This document shows, piece after piece, positions 59,878-64,000 of a DNA stretch of 64,000 bases. The notes under the pieces were generated by a model. That model searched no databases, had not been told where the DNA came from, and worked only from the letters and a program-made list of their open reading frames with translations. Numbering within the stretch: position 1 is the first letter of the stretch; every line of letters begins with the position of its first letter. The translations under genes were made by a program, and so were the position numbers. Origin of the DNA: Cyanidioschyzon merolae (lineage: Eukaryota); assembly GCA_000091205.1 (NCBI GenBank), contig AP006488.2; one strand, given 5' to 3'.

Positions 59878-60695
59878 TGTCGACGCCCGCAACGAAGGCA
59901 GAAATCGTCATTCGAACGTGATCGATTATTCGAAAGGACAAGGTCAGCGAACTTTCGGCATGAGCTCATGAACAAGCTTTCAAAGGACGACCTCGTCAAG
60001 TATTCTGCCTCGTTTTTCCAGCGGTGCCAAAATGACGCCCGACGAGTTGCCTTGAAATCCAGAGATCGAAAACTTGAAGAACGCATGCTTGCATTGTTCT
60101 ACTCGATGGCGAACGCGAAAAATGGATGCAGGAACGTATGCATCGGATCGTGATAGAGAATACTTTACGAATTCTTGTTCGAAGGCGTCGCGAATGATCT
60201 TGCTTCCGGTTAGGTATAGGTTTTGAACGACCAAGCGCCCAACGACGCACTTGGCGAATACGACCAAAGTCCGAAAACTACGTATGAATCGAAAGGTCCA
60301 TTTTGCTGCACTTTGAATCTAGAAGCTGTTCCCATGAGAAACCACTCGATATGCAGGGATCGAGCGAGCATCTCAACGTTCCATGGTACTCCAACAGATC
60401 CAAGCACGCTTGAGCCCAGCGGCCATAAGCAGCACCAGACCGAGAGCAGTGTGCTCTGCCCGCGCAACGATCCAAAAATGTACAGTTTACAGAACCCTGT
60501 CTCGGAAATGCGTCCATCAAGCGAACCTCACGACATTCAACACCTGTGCAACCGCCAACGTTCGCTCGTCCATGAAATATACACGTATCATTCGTTCGAC
60601 TCGGATGTAGTTTGCATCACTTGGGAGCCGCTGTCTGGTTGGCGCTACCGTCCGATTGTCTGCGCCAACGAGGACTAACCTGGTCGTTCGATTAC

Positions 60696-62003
60696 TCACT
60701 CGGAGTTGGGCATGGACCGCTTCAGGTGGCTGCGCAAAATGGTCAAATGCTCTTCTTTGATTTTCTCCGGCGCCAGATGGGAACGCCACTCACGCGCTAA
60801 CAACGAGCGTAGAATCAGGAGCTCATCCACGAAATCGCTCGGCATGAAACCGACGCTCTTTTCGGTGCGTGCACCGACACCTTCGCGTTCGACGACTCGA
60901 TCATGGTTTTCGACAAAGAATTTCTGGCCTTCGCAGCGGACGTTGCCAAGACGCAAAAGAGAACGGATAAAGTCGTCGCCGTCCCCAATTTCCTCTTCCC
61001 AACGCGGCCACTTGCTCAACCATTCATGTTCAGCATGACGTCCTTCGAAACGTAGACGATTCAGGAAACGCACAGTCGCTCTTCTCGTCAAGAGCGCCTT
61101 CACGTAGCGATAGTTGTGGTACCGGAGCGGGGACTCATCCGTCGTAAAATCGTCATGGTCTAGAATACGCTGGGCCTGATGCGCCTGACCACTCTGTTCA
61201 TGTACCAGTTCGGAGAGTATTTCACTGTTTTCAACGCTCACCAACCCGAGATCCCGACGCAACTCTTCCGCAATGGACTCGCGGGCCGCCATGATACGCT
61301 GCGCGTAGCGAAACGGTTCCAGAGTAAAAGTGAACTCGCGTCGAATACGCGTCCCGACAACCATCGTGTGCATCTCCGAGGGCGCCGACATCATCCCACT
61401 CAGGTACTCAACAGTGTTCCGAAGAAAATGGTATGCTTGCTCGTGACGTCGAGAACCAATGGAGGCTCCACCGAACCACTTCCCATAGTCGTCAAAATCC
61501 AGCAGCCAACGCCGCGCTGGCTCGTCCCGAAACTCCGTGAGATAGTAGATGATCGTTCGCACTGCTCGGTCTGTGGCAAAGTCTCGGATCAGGTTTGCGT
61601 CAGTATCGTGCGCTGGCGTACTGGCACAGATAGATCGAACACGCTGCCCGGAGGTACGCGCGCCACCAAACGAAACGCTGGCGTTCTTGTGCTCCTCCAG
61701 CGTTCCCTGGTCTACCGCGTAGCCCTGCTCTTGCCGCCCGTTTCCTTCGTTGGTGGATTCACGTGCTCCCTCTGAGTCCGAGCCCTCACCAAGCACACAC
61801 TTTAGTGAATGGATCTGCTCCGCGCACGGCTGCCGTCCAAGTCGTGTTCCGGTTCGTCCAGCTGGGATAGGTCTCCAGTGACGCCGTCGCCCAGTGCTGG
61901 GGCAGCGCACAGCGCCCGTTGACGTTGCCACCCACGCGCACCGCGAGAAAGCGCCCCGAGAAAACCGCAATGGAGATGCGCTAAACTGAACAATATCCGT
62001 CAT
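60696..62003 (-). CDS. RbcX-like domain protein with transit-peptide-like N-terminus and ~200-aa uncharacterised C-terminal extension (435 aa)
   Basis: HEQAYHFLRNTVEY ... YAQRIMAARESIAEELRRDL resembles the RbcX core (cyanobacterial LALRIMTVREHIAEE; plant HDGHAFLEALMRE). N-terminus is Ser/Thr/Arg/Gly-rich. Real ATG at 62001-62003. Confidence 0.45.
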   Translation of the reverse strand: MTDIVQFSASPLRFSRGAFSRCAWVATSTGAVRCPSTGRRRHWRPIPAGRTGTRLGRQPCAEQIHSLKCVLGEGSDSEGARESTNEGNGRQEQGYAVDQGTLEEHKNASVSFGGARTSGQRVRSICASTPAHDTDANLIRDFATDRAVRTIIYYLTEFRDEPARRWLLDFDDYGKWFGGASIGSRRHEQAYHFLRNTVEYLSGMMSAPSEMHTMVVGTRIRREFTFTLEPFRYAQRIMAARESIAEELRRDLGLVSVENSEILSELVHEQSGQAHQAQRILDHDDFTTDESPLRYHNYRYVKALLTRRATVRFLNRLRFEGRHAEHEWLSKWPRWEEEIGDGDDFIRSLLRLGNVRCEGQKFFVENHDRVVEREGVGARTEKSVGFMPSDFVDELLILRSLLAREWRSHLAPEKIKEEHLTILRSHLKRSMPNSE

Positions 62004-63019
62004 GACTTTGAACTAAAAAACAATGAGAAAGCGTTGATCGTAGAAAACACACAGACGCGAAACCTCCGCTCCAGCGAAATAACTGTCGCGAATATATACC
62101 CAAAATCCTGGTACGTTTATCTGCTGGCGCTGGTGCTGCTGGTGCTTGTGCTGCCAACGGATTTTGGCGCTGCTGAATGCACGCGCGCCAAGGCGCCTCG
62201 CCCACGCGCAGATCTGAACGCTGCGGTTGAAATGCCCGGCGCAGCAGCAGCGCAGATTCGAGCATTGCGCGGGAAAGCTGCAGAGCGCGCGCGCGCGCGC
62301 AAGCATCGTACGGTGCACCCGTATACAGCGACGCAATGGACAGCGTTGTTGAATCCAGGTGCGTACATGATATCGTTTGGGTTTCATCCTATTATCGTGA
62401 ACGAGAGGTTTGAAGGCCTCCTTGTGGGAGCTTCCTGTTTCCGGTTTCATATCTGCTGCTGTCATTCCGCCAGTCTCTGCTTTACTACTAGTTCCGTTAT
62501 CAGCTGTTGAAAAAACGCGGTTACCGCAGCATCATATCGTCCTGATTTTGCTACTTCCGGTTGTTGTTTATGCATCTCATGCCGAGACGGTAGTTAGGAT
62601 CTAGATTCGGTTGCAGTTCGCGTCCTGTATGAGAACAGCCTCGGTGGAATCAATGCAGCGGCGATTCTTGACAGTGGTTAAATGTTCCTGGGTAGGCGGC
62701 GCACATCCTCCATCGAGCGCTGCAGTCCAGCGCCCGAACGCGTGCTTCATCGCTCGGGTTGCGTCCTGGACGGGAATGGAAGGCCCGGGTCGATGCCCTC
62801 CTATGATTCCGCGTATGGTGCCGTACGCTCTGGGTAGGGACTTCATTTTCAGGGTGCCCTCGGCGAGTAATTTTTCAGCTGCACTCGCAAGCACATAATA
62901 TCCCATCCGATGCGAAATTTTTTGAAGGCGATGTTGTTTATGATGAAACCTGAACCCCAAATGAAAATCTAGCCTGGAGATCAGATCGAGAAACGTCGTT
63001 TCGTCGACGCTTCATTACT

Positions 63020-63420
63020 GTCGAGTGGTCTTGCACGCTCCATTGAGCGCGATCACAGCAAGAAAAACGTCCGAGTCCGATTCCTTTCGCCATCCTCAAA
63101 CGAGAGACCGGAGCCTCTGAAAGCATATGCTGTGAGAGGCATCAAGCCGCTGCGGGTGCCGTTTCTTAGATACACCACGAAGAGAGGAGAATATATCTTT
63201 CGGACGGAATCGATGATTTGACGTGACATGGTCTGTGAATTGCGGCATGGGCGTGTGAGCAAGTCGCAAACGGACGACGTCAAGAGCTTGTCGTCAACGA
63301 TCCAGCGACGCGAGTTGCGAGGCGCACTATTCACCTCGATATAGAGAGATCGAAAACTTGAAGTATGCATGATTCGGGCATTCTTCACCAAAGAATAGGA
63401 GACAAGTGGATGTTTTTACC
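63020..63420. repeat. Old, decayed copy of repeat family R
   Basis: ctttcggacggaatcgatgatttgacgtgacatgg ... gatatagagagatcgaaaacttgaagtatgcatg. Confidence 0.5.
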
Positions 63421-64000
63421 TATGAACTCCATCCCATTGTATATAACTTTAGAATGCTTGTTCAAGGCCGTCACGACTCATGCTGATTCTGGTGATGGAG
63501 CGAATTCGAGATGCGCAGAGTCAGTGCAGCTATTCCCAAAAAAGACCGGGAGCCTTGGAGTATCGACGAGTGAATCCATACATCCATATTTCTGCACTAC
63601 AAATATCGAAGTCGTACACCTAAAACGCACGCGAAAATCGACAGGCAGGAACAGAGCGAGCAGGCTAGTTTTCCATCGTAATCTGACACGAATGTCGCGG
63701 TCATGACCTGCACGTCAATGCGACCAACGAACCTCCGTTTTTTTTTTCGTAGAAAACGGGCGTTCATCATCGTAGATCCGCCTGGATGATTCGCATCACG
63801 TCCACTACGGGAAGCGTGTTATGCGGATGCACGGAGCGGTCCCCGACGCATGTGCCCGTGCCCTAGCGTTGATCCTCATGCAATGCGACAACTCCAGATG
63901 GAGGGGTTTGCAAGTCACGCCACACAGCGGTGATGCACACCGCTGATCCTCTGTAACCGGGAAACTCCGGGACGGCAACCCGCGTGATGTACTCGCTCGA

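Noticed and set aside
1-64000. Bacterial operon or kinetoplastid polycistron interpretation, prompted by the IolG-like and ATP-grasp genes
   Set aside because: Genes alternate strands, and the neighbours are unambiguously eukaryotic (proteasome Rpt5, AP-4 adaptin, DHHC, Sm, RRP8). The bacterial-type genes carry eukaryotic-style N-terminal extensions.

Overview
This window is eukaryotic nuclear DNA, about 55-60% GC, with intron-poor genes on both strands. It most likely comes from a plastid-bearing, green-lineage alga or protist. I infer this from a nuclear DXS gene and an RbcX-like gene, both with Ser/Arg/Ala-rich transit-peptide-like N-termini, alongside a plant-type DHHC palmitoyltransferase and a KUP/HAK K+ transporter. 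I cannot name the species.

Recognisable protein genes, in order:
- KUP/HAK/KT potassium transporter, 5'-partial (1-1609, +)
- DHHC palmitoyltransferase (3491-4579, +)
- small ER-type DnaJ (6261-7046, +)
- proteasome AAA-ATPase Rpt5 (9390-10637, +)
- RRP8 rRNA methyltransferase (11149-12072, -)
- carnosine-synthase / L-amino-acid-ligase-like ATP-grasp enzyme (18077-19865, -)
- orphan signal-anchored protein (22378-23793, -)
- GRP170/HYOU1-type ER Hsp70 ending in HTEL (25757-28540, +)
- AP-4 epsilon-like adaptin (30782-33967, -)
- Sm-like protein (34961-35365, -)
- IolG-type inositol 2-dehydrogenase (38884-40188, -)
- coiled-coil protein (41600-42163, +)
- RPA43/Rpb7-like protein (45796-46941, +)
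- DXS (51861-54179, +)
- Cho2-type two-domain phosphatidylethanolamine N-methyltransferase (55719-57968, +)
- RbcX-like fusion protein (60696-62003, -)

About 10% of the window is an uncharacterised non-coding dispersed repeat family. Three young, nearly identical copies of about 0.9-1.0 kb lie at 24204, 28704 and 59042. Two of them form direct repeats around the HYOU1-like gene. At least six older, decayed copies are also present.

There are two mutually homologous remnants that encode a TnpB/Fanzor-like RuvC-III motif (D/N-x-N-A-A/S-x-N-I). One lies directly beside a degenerate Tc1/mariner/IS630-type DDE transposase pseudogene. An AT-rich tandem-repeat island plus an alternating purine-pyrimidine tract sits upstream of the CHO2-like gene. 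Several stretches are gene-poor or have unresolved gene structure (12.6-18 kb and 47-51.7 kb).

The supplied ORF track uses TTG/GTG/CTG as start codons, so several tabulated N-termini are artefactual. I have re-set those CDS starts to the first plausible ATG. All coordinates are from reading the text by eye and may be off by a few bases.
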